DNA of 64,000 bases from Candidatus Hodarchaeota archaeon (GCA_048887225.1 JBHLJY010000001.1:372371-436370), one strand, 5' to 3'. Shown: positions 53,010 to 63,285, counted from the first letter of the stretch. Translations and numbers: made by a program. Notes: generated by a model from the sequence alone, not told the origin.

Positions 53010-53464
53010 TTTTCATTCCTCCACTTTTTAATTTTTAAATTTTTTTTTAGTTTTTAATTTTTAATTAAGTTTCTATATAGATAGACATCAAATTGGTATT
53101 TAAAGATTTTGGTATAAACTTCAAAGATAGAAGAAAAAATTTGAAAAAAATTTTTGTCGACCATTGGATCTAGGGAAATGATCGAGCTGGTGGAAGTTTA
53201 GGATTTTTTATAGGAAAGCTAAATCTGTTGAAATTCAGCATGATTGCTATTATAAGATTTTTAGAATTTTATGATTTAGATTAAATCTTTAAAAATAAAA
53301 AAATAAATAAAAATTCGATCGATTTCCAGCATGCCGAATTACGAATTTTTATATTATCTATGAGTTGATAATTTTGAATTTTAAAGTTAAAATGCGAAGA
53401 AACTAATTATTTCTCTTTATTGCTAGTAATTTTTTTTAAATAAGATTTTTAGAACTGTACAAGA

Positions 53465-54457
53465 TTACCATACAACTTGTTTTGTATTGCAATTTTGACA
53501 TTCAATCTCCATGCCTTTTTCGGGAAAAGAATTGAGAACATTTCCACAATTCTTGCACTCCAAACTATAGATTTGATCAATAGACACCAAACCTGTACTT
53601 GCGAGGCTTCCCTTAAAATCGTTTGATAATTTAGTTAAAAGAGAAACTAAAATAGATGCTTTTTTAGAAGCTGCCAAGAATTCTATTTTACTATAAACAA
53701 GTTGAACTATAACAAGGATATCTTCTTGAGATTCCAATTCATTCCCAAAAAACCAGATAATTTTTTGTTCATTATCTTTCGTAATTAATTGAAAGTTATG
53801 CTCCTTTAAGATTTGTTCTGCGTGACTGAAATATAAATCCAAATTTGCTTTTTTTTTTAGTCCTATTCCTATTCCATGACTTTTAATGGCTTTTTTAAGT
53901 CCTTCAATTTTTAAGAAGACTCCAATCTGAGAACTTGGAATTATTTTAGGTTGAATCGAAATAGGGTCTATTTTAATTTCAATTGGTTCTAAATTAAGAG
54001 CTCTAATGAATCCCTTATTGTTAATATAACTCGTAGATGCTAAAATCTCTCCTTTAACATTTATGAGTAACGGGATAAAATAAAAATGAATTTGTTGTAC
54101 GCTATTTTCGTTTAATTTTTCGATTTCAAAATTAATTTGTTTCATTCCACTCTCGATTTTAGGCTCACTTCTTTTTATTGCGGGAGGATAATGTCTCTTC
54201 AATACTAATAAATTCGGATACTTAATTCTCGCTTTAATTTCAGTAATAGGCGCCATACTCTCATTTTCTAATAATATTGAACATCTATAAGAAGCTCCAG
54301 AAGGTCGAAATTCGCACGAAAGTTTTATTTTATTTTCTTGATCAATATCTTCAATAGGTGGAGCGATCTCAATTTGTTCTTGTTTACTCTGAGCTAGTCT
54401 ACCTTTAAATACTACTAAACCTTGTATTTGACTTTTATTTTTTTGTTCCTGGGTCAT
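53465..54457 (-). CDS. Putative Ig-sandwich + platform (adaptin-ear-like) protein with C-terminal zinc ribbon
   Basis: Beta-rich LENESMAPITE..FYFIP segment, then alpha/beta platform-like region, CKNCG..CQNC. Confidence 0.55.
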   Translation of the reverse strand: MTQEQKNKSQIQGLVVFKGRLAQSKQEQIEIAPPIEDIDQENKIKLSCEFRPSGASYRCSILLENESMAPITEIKARIKYPNLLVLKRHYPPAIKRSEPKIESGMKQINFEIEKLNENSVQQIHFYFIPLLINVKGEILASTSYINNKGFIRALNLEPIEIKIDPISIQPKIIPSSQIGVFLKIEGLKKAIKSHGIGIGLKKKANLDLYFSHAEQILKEHNFQLITKDNEQKIIWFFGNELESQEDILVIVQLVYSKIEFLAASKKASILVSLLTKLSNDFKGSLASTGLVSIDQIYSLECKNCGNVLNSFPEKGMEIECQNCNTKQVVW

Positions 54458-54593
54458 ATTATATTCTACCTAAAACATGGAATAGACTATATAATTAATT
54501 TATTCTTATCGTAAATATAAAAATTATTTTATTTTTATAATTTTTATCACTAATAATTTTTTTTAGATTAATGATTAAATATTACTTATAGTT

Positions 54594-55265
54594 ATGCTAG
54601 ATGAATTAGAAGAATTATTTGAGAGTGAAACTATTAAACCAACCTATGATTATGTTCATATAATTTTAGCATTATTTATTTTTGGGGAAAATCCGAATGG
54701 AATTGGAAGATACCGCTTAAAAGAGGAGTTATTGATTGGCTCGGGCACAGCAAAGTCTCTAATTAAAAAACTTAATGAGAAGCTTAATTTTATTTCTGTA
54801 TTAAACGGAAATATAAGAAAAGGGCATGTTTTAACTGAATACGGTTTAAAATTTTTGAACAAAGTTAAAAAAAAGATTCCATTTCTTAAAAAGGGAGATA
54901 TTTCGATTCTAAAAGATGTCATTATCGAATCAGAAGATGTTAGAGTATACTTTTGTCAAATCAAGAATGCAGGTGATAAATTAACAATGGGCATAGAGCA
55001 AAGGGACGCTGCCATTAAAGTTGGTGGTATAGGGGCAACATGTTTAGTCTATGATGGAAAAAATATAATTTATCCCGTAAATTATATTTCAGATACCGAA
55101 AAAACAAAAATGACTATTAATAACCAACCTTATAAATATTTTAATGAAGAGATTATTAAATCAGATTCAAAATTAGAAAAAAGCGATGTTATTATTATAG
55201 GATTAGGCAATAAGCTAGAAAGAGCAAGAATAGCTGCGTTAAATGCTGCATTGACTTTAATTTAA
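54594..55265 (+). CDS. wHTH/DUF4443-like protein
   Basis: IGRYRLKEELLIGSGT, GIEQRDAAIKVGGIGAT. Confidence 0.75.
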   Translation: MLDELEELFESETIKPTYDYVHIILALFIFGENPNGIGRYRLKEELLIGSGTAKSLIKKLNEKLNFISVLNGNIRKGHVLTEYGLKFLNKVKKKIPFLKKGDISILKDVIIESEDVRVYFCQIKNAGDKLTMGIEQRDAAIKVGGIGATCLVYDGKNIIYPVNYISDTEKTKMTINNQPYKYFNEEIIKSDSKLEKSDVIIIGLGNKLERARIAALNAALTLI

Positions 55266-55287
55266 AATATCCTTTCAAGTTACCAAA

Positions 55288-55767
55288 ATGAAATTTCAAG
55301 ATGATATAAAAATCTTTTTAGATCAGGAAATTGTTGAGGATTTAAAACGATGTATAAACAAAGCTCGTCCCTATGAAGCATGTGGATTAATATTTGGAGA
55401 CATTAGAGAAATAAATATTAACGAGGAAGGATTTCAATATCATTATATAGGACAAATGTTTGAATGTATCGAATCTACTAAGAAATCTACTGTCGCCTTC
55501 TTAATAGATAATATTGAAGAATTAAACAAGATTTATCAAACTGCTGCTGAGAGGTATAATATGCGATTAATTAGTATTTTTCACTCTCATCCTGGTGGAA
55601 CCTATCCAAGCGGCGTAGATACGAAAAACATGAAATATTTGGAAGACTTTAAGGCTTTTAGAAATCTAATTTGGACAATTATGAATGGTGAAAATTACGA
55701 GCTAAATGGATTTATCTATTTTAATAATGAATTTTGGCAAATTGCTATAGAAATAAATAAAGTGTAA
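55288..55767 (+). CDS. JAMM/MPN+ metalloprotease
   Basis: PYEACGL, IFHSHP...PSGVD. Confidence 0.92.
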   Translation: MKFQDDIKIFLDQEIVEDLKRCINKARPYEACGLIFGDIREININEEGFQYHYIGQMFECIESTKKSTVAFLIDNIEELNKIYQTAAERYNMRLISIFHSHPGGTYPSGVDTKNMKYLEDFKAFRNLIWTIMNGENYELNGFIYFNNEFWQIAIEINKV

Positions 55768-55787
55768 AAAATCAGAATTAATACTAT

Positions 55788-56420
55788 TTATTGGATTTGT
55801 TTATAGCCGTCTTTATCTATTGTACATATTTGAATCTCAAATCCAGAGGCGGTATCTCTTTCCCGTGAAGCTGAAATAGCGGTTTTAATTAAATCTATCC
55901 CTTCGGAGTTAGACATATCTGATTTCCAATCTACCTCTAATAAACCCAAAGAAAAAGGCGAGCCAGAACCAAAAGATATAAATTTATCCTCCTCATATAA
56001 AGTTCCCAATAGATCGATCCCGTATAATTTACCCTCTTTTTCCTTAATCGAATAACCTCCTACAATCATCATTGAGAGATAATAAGAACGTCCTGAAAAT
56101 AGTATGTTTCTAGTTACATTTGCTATATATTTTACTGGAGGTACTTCACCATCTTCAACTTGCTTAAGTTTAGATAATGCCTTAAGCTGATTTATAACAT
56201 ATTGGCAATCTGCAACGCCCCCACTTATGGTTGCGCCCGTAAAATCGTTTATTTGAAATAATTTCTGTGCTGTTTTCGTAGCAACAGTAAATCCTGCTGT
56301 AGCTTGAGATTCTGTACCTATTACCACCCCGCCTTTTACAATTAAACCTACTGTTGTAGTACCTGATATAACCCTTTTTAAGCTAATGTCGTCTAAATTG
56401 TTAGTATTATTTTCCATCAT
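55788..56420 (-). CDS. psmB: Proteasome beta subunit
   Basis: Propeptide then G|TTTVG, SGGVAD, GSGS, RDTASG. Confidence 0.95.
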   Translation of the reverse strand: MMENNTNNLDDISLKRVISGTTTVGLIVKGGVVIGTESQATAGFTVATKTAQKLFQINDFTGATISGGVADCQYVINQLKALSKLKQVEDGEVPPVKYIANVTRNILFSGRSYYLSMMIVGGYSIKEKEGKLYGIDLLGTLYEEDKFISFGSGSPFSLGLLEVDWKSDMSNSEGIDLIKTAISASRERDTASGFEIQICTIDKDGYKQIQ

Positions 56421-56637
56421 TACAATCTTAAATTCAATCTTTTATTATTAATAGCATTTTTAATGCTCTATATTATCTAAAGAAAAGAATTAAATATAGT
56501 TTACTCTTAATGCTATCGGTATAAATTTAATGAAAATTTAGTATATTGAATTATAGAATTATAAAATACGAAAAAACTTTAAAGATATTGTTTATTAACT
56601 AAAATATTGAGTTATAATTAGAACGGTCTATTCCCTT

Positions 56638-57015
56638 ATGGCAAGAAGTCAATGGAGAAGTAAAAGGAAGTATACTGGAAAAAAATATAAACATTTCCGT
56701 AAAAAAAGAAAACGAGAATTAGAAAGACCTCCAATCAACACTGAAATTGGAACAGATAAAAAGAAAAAGCAACGAGTTTTGGGAGGTAATATTAAAGTAA
56801 AGTTGTTTTCGTCTCTTTTTGTGAATGTTACTGACCTTAATACCAATAAAACTTCGAAGGTGAAAATATTAAGATTTGAAAGCAATGATGCATCAAAAGA
56901 TTTGAATAGACGCCATATCTTAACTAAAGGTGCTATAATTGAAACAGAACTTGGAAAGGCTAAAATTACAAGCCGCCCGGGGCAACACGGTGTGCTGAAT
57001 GCTGTTTTAATTTAA
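56638..57015 (+). CDS. rps8e: 30S ribosomal protein eS8
   Basis: SKRKYTG..RKKRKREL, TKGAIIETELGKAKITSRPGQHGVLNAVL. Confidence 0.97.
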   Translation: MARSQWRSKRKYTGKKYKHFRKKRKRELERPPINTEIGTDKKKKQRVLGGNIKVKLFSSLFVNVTDLNTNKTSKVKILRFESNDASKDLNRRHILTKGAIIETELGKAKITSRPGQHGVLNAVLI

Positions 57016-57016
57016 A

Positions 57017-57388
57017 TCATTCTTGAATCTTAATATTTTTAACATTAGCCTTTTTGCCTTCAACAATTTCTGTATTTTTACTATTACAATGTTGACATTG
57101 AAACAATTGAAGTCCAGTCAAATAGGCCTCTTCACTTAAACTAACAGTTGAGATTTCACTGCAATCTCGACATTTTATTTTTCCAGGAACAATCTCAATT
57201 ATTAATTCCGCACCTTCCGCAATTGAACCATGGGTGGCCATTTTAAACGATTGACGAAGGAGATCTGGAACAATTAACGTTAATTCTCCAATCTCAAGAT
57301 ATACTTCGGATATTTTCTTAGCATTGTATTTAATTGCTGTAGCCTCAGCAACTTTAAAAATGTTATAGGCAAAAGAAAATTCGTGCAT
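57017..57388 (-). CDS. hypA: Hydrogenase nickel metallochaperone
   Basis: MHEFS, CRDC..CQHC. Confidence 0.95.
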   Translation of the reverse strand: MHEFSFAYNIFKVAEATAIKYNAKKISEVYLEIGELTLIVPDLLRQSFKMATHGSIAEGAELIIEIVPGKIKCRDCSEISTVSLSEEAYLTGLQLFQCQHCNSKNTEIVEGKKANVKNIKIQE

Positions 57389-57394
57389 TGGTTA

Positions 57395-57691
57395 TTAACT
57401 CGATCCTCGGGTTTTTCTGATTTCTCTTGCTATTTCAAGTATTACTTTTGATTTTTTTTTTCCCTTTGTATTAATCAGGACTCTACCAGGATTTTCCCAC
57501 CAAGCTCTTGGATATCGGTAATTTCCTTCTATTTCTACTTGATATCCTAATTGTTTGGCAGCAGTAGCAATTTCTTTTGGTGTCACTTTTTCAATCGCAA
57601 GTTTCTTAGGAAGTCGTCTTCCATCACCTCTACTTCTTTTTGCGTCGAAGTATTGAGGCCAAAAAACAAGAAAAGGTTTTCTTGATCTCAT
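57395..57691 (-). CDS. srp19: Signal recognition particle protein SRP19
   Basis: WPQYFDAKRSRGDGRRLPK, YPRAWW..GRV. Confidence 0.95.
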   Translation of the reverse strand: MRSRKPFLVFWPQYFDAKRSRGDGRRLPKKLAIEKVTPKEIATAAKQLGYQVEIEGNYRYPRAWWENPGRVLINTKGKKKSKVILEIAREIRKTRGSS

Positions 57692-57839
57692 AAAATGCTA
57701 AGAGTTTTTACTATTAAAATAAAAAACTCTCTAAATAATTTAAAAATTATTAGTATAAAAAATAAAATTGGTTAATAATAAATTATGACGAAGATTTTTA
57801 ACTATGCTTTTAAAACTTTTAATATTACCCTCATTAAAA

Positions 57840-57973
57840 GGGAGGGTGGTCTAGATTGGTATGATACATTAGTAAGGATGAATCTTGCTAAATCCAGTCG
57901 GCTGGGGGAAACCAACGCCTCAGCGTGGTTTGCAGAAGCCGAGTGGTCGGGGGTTCAAATCCCCCCTCTCCCA
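57840..57973 (+). tRNA. tRNA-Pro(GGG) with two 30-nt introns (27/28: 57868-57897; 37/38: 57908-57937)
   Basis: Acceptor GGGAGGG/CTCTCCC+A; D-arm GTCTAGATTGGTATGAT; spliced anticodon arm CTCGG-CTGGGGG-CCGAG; T-arm GGGGG-TTCAAAT-CCCCC; both introns form hairpins with BHB-like ends. Confidence 0.88.
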
Positions 57974-58074
57974 TTGAGAATCTAGTTTTAATGAAATATA
58001 AAGACAATCTTTTTTAGCGAAATTAAAAAAATTATAATCAAGCAGATTTTTAATATAATAGTGAGGTAAGTTTT

Positions 58075-58899
58075 ATGGAATTGAATATTAGCTCTACTTT
58101 AAAATTAAATAATGGTGTTGATATCCCGATAATAGGTTTAGGAACATGGGTTCTCACTGAAAAAAGAGCTTATAATGCCGTTTTAATGGCATTAGAAGCA
58201 GGATATAGATTGATTGATACGGCTGCTATGTATGGCAATGAAAGAAAAATTGGGGAAGCAATAAAAGATACCGATATTCCAAGAGAAGAAATTTTTGTTA
58301 CCACTAAAGTCTGGAATAATGATCATGGGTATGATAAAACATTGAAAGCATTTGAGAAGAGTCTAAGAAAGTTAAATCTAACTTATGTCGATCTTTATTT
58401 AATACATTGGCCTGTTACAGGTCTCAGAAATGAAACGTGGAAGGCTCTTGAAAAGATATATAAGGATGATAAAGTAAGATCGATTGGTGTGAGTAATTTT
58501 ACAATTCAACATTTGAATGAACTTTTTGAGAGTTCTTCTACTGTCCCTAGTGTTAATCAAGTTGAGTTTTCACCTTTCTTATATCAAAAAAAACTGATGG
58601 AATTCTGTCAAACTAAAAAAATTGCTGTTGAAGCTTATTGTCCCTTAACAAGGGCAAGAAAATTAGATAATCCTCAATTAAAAAGCATTGGACAAAAATA
58701 TGGGAAAACATCAGCGCAAGTTCTACTTCGTTGGGGGATTCAACATAATGTAATTCAAATTCCTAAGTCAGGAAGTAAGGACCATATTACTGAGAATATT
58801 AATATCTTTGATTTTAAATTAGTTGATGAAGATATGAAAGAGCTCGATAATTTAAATGAAAACTTTCGAAATGTTGATGATCCAAGCATGTGGGAATAA
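58075..58899 (+). CDS. Aldo/keto reductase
   Basis: GYRLIDTAAMYGNE, VTTKVW, LYLIHWP, IGVSNF, IPKS. Confidence 0.95.
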   Translation: MELNISSTLKLNNGVDIPIIGLGTWVLTEKRAYNAVLMALEAGYRLIDTAAMYGNERKIGEAIKDTDIPREEIFVTTKVWNNDHGYDKTLKAFEKSLRKLNLTYVDLYLIHWPVTGLRNETWKALEKIYKDDKVRSIGVSNFTIQHLNELFESSSTVPSVNQVEFSPFLYQKKLMEFCQTKKIAVEAYCPLTRARKLDNPQLKSIGQKYGKTSAQVLLRWGIQHNVIQIPKSGSKDHITENINIFDFKLVDEDMKELDNLNENFRNVDDPSMWE

Positions 58900-59079
58900 A
58901 AAATTTCTAATAAATCAAAGTATAGATCCAATAATTCATCAGCATAATCCTTGAAAAACCATTTAAAGAGTATTAGGTTTTTGAATTAGAAAAAAACCAA
59001 AAACTGGTCTATTGAAGTCTTTTATAATATTTTGGATTATTTTTCTCTTAAGAATAATACTCGATGAAATCAAAAAAGA

Positions 59080-59370
59080 ATGAGTCAAGGTTTAAATTCG
59101 TACAGTGAACCATCACATAAGAATAATAGAGAAAGAATTATACAATTATTAATTAATGAGATTGTTTTTCTTGGTAATTGCTATCAAAAAGTTAAAAACC
59201 AAATTGGAAGAAGATACATTAAAAATGCGGGATATAAACTTCAAAAAGTATTAGCTAAGCAACAAAAGCAAAAAAATGTAATTTTACCTTATAACGAGTA
59301 TCAAAAATCAATAATGTTTATTTATCAAACTATAGAAGATGTTGTTAACAAAATAGCCAAAATTATCTAA
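59080..59370 (+). CDS. Hypothetical protein
   Basis: 96 aa ORF, no recognised motif. Confidence 0.45.
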   Translation: MSQGLNSYSEPSHKNNRERIIQLLINEIVFLGNCYQKVKNQIGRRYIKNAGYKLQKVLAKQQKQKNVILPYNEYQKSIMFIYQTIEDVVNKIAKII

Positions 59371-59400
59371 GATTTTTATAAAAAAGAAAGAATAAAATAA

Positions 59401-60261
59401 TTAAGGTGCTAATGCAAGTGCTAGTATTAAAGCGCCATGAATTTCTGATAATTTTCCCACTCTTGAAGTGTCTATAATAACCTCATCTAAGCCCATATAA
59501 ATCGCACCATATGCATTACCTCCACCTAAGTGAACTAAGGTGCGATATATTAAATTTCCTGAAATTCCATCTGGAGCAATAATTACATTTGATTTATTCC
59601 AAATAGCATTTTCAATAAGGATTTCATCGTGATTTATTTCTAAGTCTGGATTTTCTTTTTTGAGGAGATCAACTACTTTAGTAGCAATGTTTATCGATTT
59701 ATCTACTATGGGATCCCGTCCAATATCTCCTAATCTACCACCACTTAAGATGCTAATCTTGGGGACTATGTTTAAATTTTCTAATTCTAAAATTGCCTTG
59801 TTAACAAACAAAATTTTTCTTTTTATATTATTGCATTCGTCTATTCCGACGGGGCCGTAAAAGAATTGGAATCCTTTGTGAGTTTCCATTAAAGCTAATC
59901 GATTAATATCTGAGATTTTCAAAATATCTTTCATATTTTTAAGAAATTTGCTAGAACTTAAGTTTCCTCTAACTATAACGTTAATTTTATTATTTTTCAA
60001 AAATTTAAAGATATCTTTTTCTGGTTCATTGGATTTAATTAATTCAATTCTTTTATTAGTATTCTCGTAAAATTTGCTTTTTTTAATGTGATTTATTGCT
60101 TTTTCATTACCAAAAATAAAAATAGTTGAGTTATATTCTTCCAAAAACCTTAAAATAGCTTTTAAGATTTTTATATCATGTTCTTTTGATCCTCCTAAAC
60201 CAATTCCTATATTTGAATTTTTATTTTTTGCTTTTGATTTAAAAAATTCAATGATAGTCAT
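59401..60261 (-). CDS. mtxX: MtxX / methanogenesis marker 4 family (phosphotransacetylase-like)
   Basis: VRGNL, PVGIDE, LSGGRLGDIGR, ILIE, APDGISGNLIYRTL, DTSR. Confidence 0.85.
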   Translation of the reverse strand: MTIIEFFKSKAKNKNSNIGIGLGGSKEHDIKILKAILRFLEEYNSTIFIFGNEKAINHIKKSKFYENTNKRIELIKSNEPEKDIFKFLKNNKINVIVRGNLSSSKFLKNMKDILKISDINRLALMETHKGFQFFYGPVGIDECNNIKRKILFVNKAILELENLNIVPKISILSGGRLGDIGRDPIVDKSINIATKVVDLLKKENPDLEINHDEILIENAIWNKSNVIIAPDGISGNLIYRTLVHLGGGNAYGAIYMGLDEVIIDTSRVGKLSEIHGALILALALAP

Positions 60262-60310
60262 GGCACATCTATATCCTATATCAAATGTAAATGTTTTGTA
60301 TGCTTAATGA

Positions 60311-61381
60311 TTAATAGAAAACCAGAAACAAAAAGGCAATTATAAGAGTTAAGCTATTATATACTCCGTGAGTAACTATAACAGCGATTAAATTTTCGTC
60401 CCTCCAACGATATAACAAACCTAACATTAGTGAAATAGCAAGATACGGGACAAAGAGCATTATAAAATTCACGAGAATTGTAATAGGAGGATAAATTAAG
60501 AAGAAAAACAAAAGCCCAACTAAATGAATTCCTGCGAAGACGAGTGCTGTTATCCAGAGTGCTGCTGTTTTGCCTAAAGTCCTCGTTAATCCTTTCATCA
60601 TAAATCCTCTAAAGAGGATCTCCTCACAGGGTCCTACAATTATAAGCATCATTACTATCATTAGAACCAATACAAGTATATCAAATCCAGTGATTAAAAC
60701 ATCCACATTATTAGGAGTAGATTCTTCAAATGTAAAGAATAATCTAAATATAAATTCAATGGCTATACTCGAACCAACAACTAAACCCAACCCAATTAAA
60801 GCAAAACCTAATCCTATACCAAATTCTTTTACAATACCCTTGCGATTATATACCTTCGCTGTAAAACCTAATAAAGTCAAACGATTTTTTAAATTTGGGT
60901 TCTCTAAATTCTTACCCGCCCATATTAAGGGAAACATAATTAAGATTAATTCAACCAAAGTAATGAGGACCAGAAATAACTGATTGGTAACAATATTTAT
61001 ACCATAGTCAAAATAAGGATAAGTCGACAGAATTATACCAATCATAATACCAATTAAAATTACATTCATTATAACAAAGGCTAATAAGGGGAATCCAATA
61101 GATGCTAAAGTCCCCCATAACTCTCTATCCTTAGTATCAAGAATATTATCATCAGTAATTAATGTTTTATAGGGTTTGTAATAGACTTGTTGAGGATGGG
61201 AGGGCATCCTCGGTAGATACTTACTGGTTATTTGACGAGGGGGTAGCGTTTTATGCTTTAGTATATAATTTAAATCGATCCCGCAATGCGTACAGAAATT
61301 AAGTTTATCAATTTTCGGCAGTTTATTTCCACAGCCGGGACAATATGACCAGCTAATTTTTTTATCTTCGCTATTTGTCAT
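60311..61381 (-). CDS. CPBP/Abi (Rce1-like) intramembrane protease with N-terminal zinc ribbon
   Basis: CPGCG..CTHCG; EEILFRG, FAGIH, HGVYN. Confidence 0.9.
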   Translation of the reverse strand: MTNSEDKKISWSYCPGCGNKLPKIDKLNFCTHCGIDLNYILKHKTLPPRQITSKYLPRMPSHPQQVYYKPYKTLITDDNILDTKDRELWGTLASIGFPLLAFVIMNVILIGIMIGIILSTYPYFDYGINIVTNQLFLVLITLVELILIMFPLIWAGKNLENPNLKNRLTLLGFTAKVYNRKGIVKEFGIGLGFALIGLGLVVGSSIAIEFIFRLFFTFEESTPNNVDVLITGFDILVLVLMIVMMLIIVGPCEEILFRGFMMKGLTRTLGKTAALWITALVFAGIHLVGLLFFFLIYPPITILVNFIMLFVPYLAISLMLGLLYRWRDENLIAVIVTHGVYNSLTLIIAFLFLVFY

Positions 61382-61524
61382 TATTAAACTAAAAGAATAA
61401 ATCAAAATACTAATATTTTTACTTTTAAAGTAATAAGATAATTTCAAAATTGATATTTAAAAAATAAATTGGAGACCAATTTTTATTTTGAATTCATTTA
61501 TACTTAATAATGTCAATTTATAAT

Positions 61525-63285
61525 TTAGTGAGTAAAGTAGCAAAATAACTCATTGTTTTCTATTTTTATTGGATTAACAAAACCGTATCTCTCAAATTGA
61601 ATTGTTTTATTCATAGGAATTTTTAATAAATTTATCTCACCATAACCTATTGAACTAGTTCCATCTGGTTTTAAAACTGTCACTTTAATTTTTTCTTCTT
61701 TAGGTACCCATTGAATAATTGAAAATTCTCGATTGAGTTTTAAGCTATGATAAGATGCTTTAATTTTTTTTTCAGCCAAATCTACAGAAAGAATATGAAT
61801 ATTAATTAAATCTTTTAAACGAATAATTTGACCTGCTTTCAAATTCTTCGCATCTGAAAAAGCAATTAATATATTTAATTGTTCATTTTTTACAATGCCT
61901 TTAATTATTCTTTTACCTCTTTCTGGGTTTGATGGTAATAAGAGTGGTTCTGCCATGTATTCTTCAAAAGGAACGTTACCGATTTCAATCAAAATAGGAT
62001 CTTCAACAAAAAAATATCTATCTGAAATTCCATCTATAATCTCTTTATTTTTAGCATATAACCAATTCACAGAAAAAATTATTCCAGTCATCGACAAACC
62101 TAAATTTAATAATGTTTCAGTTAAAGCTTCTGGTCGAATACCTCTCTTTTTTAAAGATTGTAAACTCCAAGTTCTTGGATCTTCCCATCCTAAATATATT
62201 CCATTTTGAATATTATTTCTTGCCAAAGTTTTACTTATTTTCATATCTTGAAAATTTATTCTCCCATAATGAAGAAATTCTGCTTTTTTCCAGTTGAAAT
62301 GGTTCCAAATAAAATCTTCTATAAAATCTTCTTTAATTAAATCAGCACCTCTTAAAATATGCGTAACCCCTATTAAATAATCGTCAATTGCCCATGAAAA
62401 CTCTAACATTGGCCATATTATATACTTAGTTCCTACTCTTGGATGTTCCGCTTCTGATATCCTCATTATTATGTTATCTCTTAAAGCTGGATCTTTTTGG
62501 TCCATTCCCGTTTTTAATCTAACTACAGCTTCTTGTTCACGATATTTCCCGCTAAGCATTTTATTCCACTTTTTTAAATTAATTTCTACCGAACTGTCTC
62601 TATGTGGGCAATTTTTTTTTTTTTTTTTATATTTTTCTTTAAATTCTTTGGCAGCACAGAAGCATATATATGCCATATTGTCTTTAATTAATTTTTCGGT
62701 ATATTCGTAAAAAATTTCCAACCTATCGCTTTTATAATATACTTTTGAATATTTTACACCAAGCCATTCTAATCCTTCTTTTATTAAATCGTAAGCTTGA
62801 GACAGCACATACTTTGCTTTTGCACTGTCTCGTAACGATTTAGGACTCCCTATAGTATCATCATAAAATAAAATTAATTCGCCATTATGTCTCTTTACAT
62901 ATTCATTGTTTAAAACAATCATTCTTGCATTACCAATATGCAAAGCTCCACTTGGATAAGGAGCTAATCGCATTATAATTTTATCATACTTATCTAAATT
63001 AGGTAAAGCAGGAAGTTCTTTTTTCACCTCTATTTTTTCCTTTTTCTCTAAAGCTTTTGGGTCTAATTGTAATAGTTTTCCTTTTTGTTCTTCTAAACTT
63101 AGTTTGCTAATTTCTTTAATTATTTGATCTAATATAGGAATAACAATTTTGGCTTGAGATCTTAATTCTTTTCTTTGTGCCATCAACTTTCCCATTATTG
63201 CCTTCTTATTGGGCTTTCCGCCAAATTCTAAGGCATTTTTTAAACCACTAATCCAAAGAATCCTTTTAATTTCTTCGTCCTCCAT
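61525..63285 (-). CDS. gltX: Glutamyl-tRNA synthetase (archaeal type)
   Basis: RLAPYPSGALHIGN, THILRG, KISK, WEDPR, QFERYGF. Confidence 0.95.
   Translation of the reverse strand: MEDEEIKRILWISGLKNALEFGGKPNKKAIMGKLMAQRKELRSQAKIVIPILDQIIKEISKLSLEEQKGKLLQLDPKALEKKEKIEVKKELPALPNLDKYDKIIMRLAPYPSGALHIGNARMIVLNNEYVKRHNGELILFYDDTIGSPKSLRDSAKAKYVLSQAYDLIKEGLEWLGVKYSKVYYKSDRLEIFYEYTEKLIKDNMAYICFCAAKEFKEKYKKKKKNCPHRDSSVEINLKKWNKMLSGKYREQEAVVRLKTGMDQKDPALRDNIIMRISEAEHPRVGTKYIIWPMLEFSWAIDDYLIGVTHILRGADLIKEDFIEDFIWNHFNWKKAEFLHYGRINFQDMKISKTLARNNIQNGIYLGWEDPRTWSLQSLKKRGIRPEALTETLLNLGLSMTGIIFSVNWLYAKNKEIIDGISDRYFFVEDPILIEIGNVPFEEYMAEPLLLPSNPERGKRIIKGIVKNEQLNILIAFSDAKNLKAGQIIRLKDLINIHILSVDLAEKKIKASYHSLKLNREFSIIQWVPKEEKIKVTVLKPDGTSSIGYGEINLLKIPMNKTIQFERYGFVNPIKIENNELFCYFTH

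Noticed and set aside
57898-57943. Alternative reading as tRNA-Cys(GCA) or tRNA-Sec
   Set aside because: BHB geometry places GCA inside the intron; A73 and the D-arm fit Pro; there is no long variable arm or UCA anticodon.
57785-57985. 66-aa ORF in the supplied track
   Set aside because: It overlaps the intron-containing tRNA-Pro, which explains the sequence.
60570-62710. + strand ORFs within the CPBP and gltX genes
   Set aside because: Antisense to well-supported genes.
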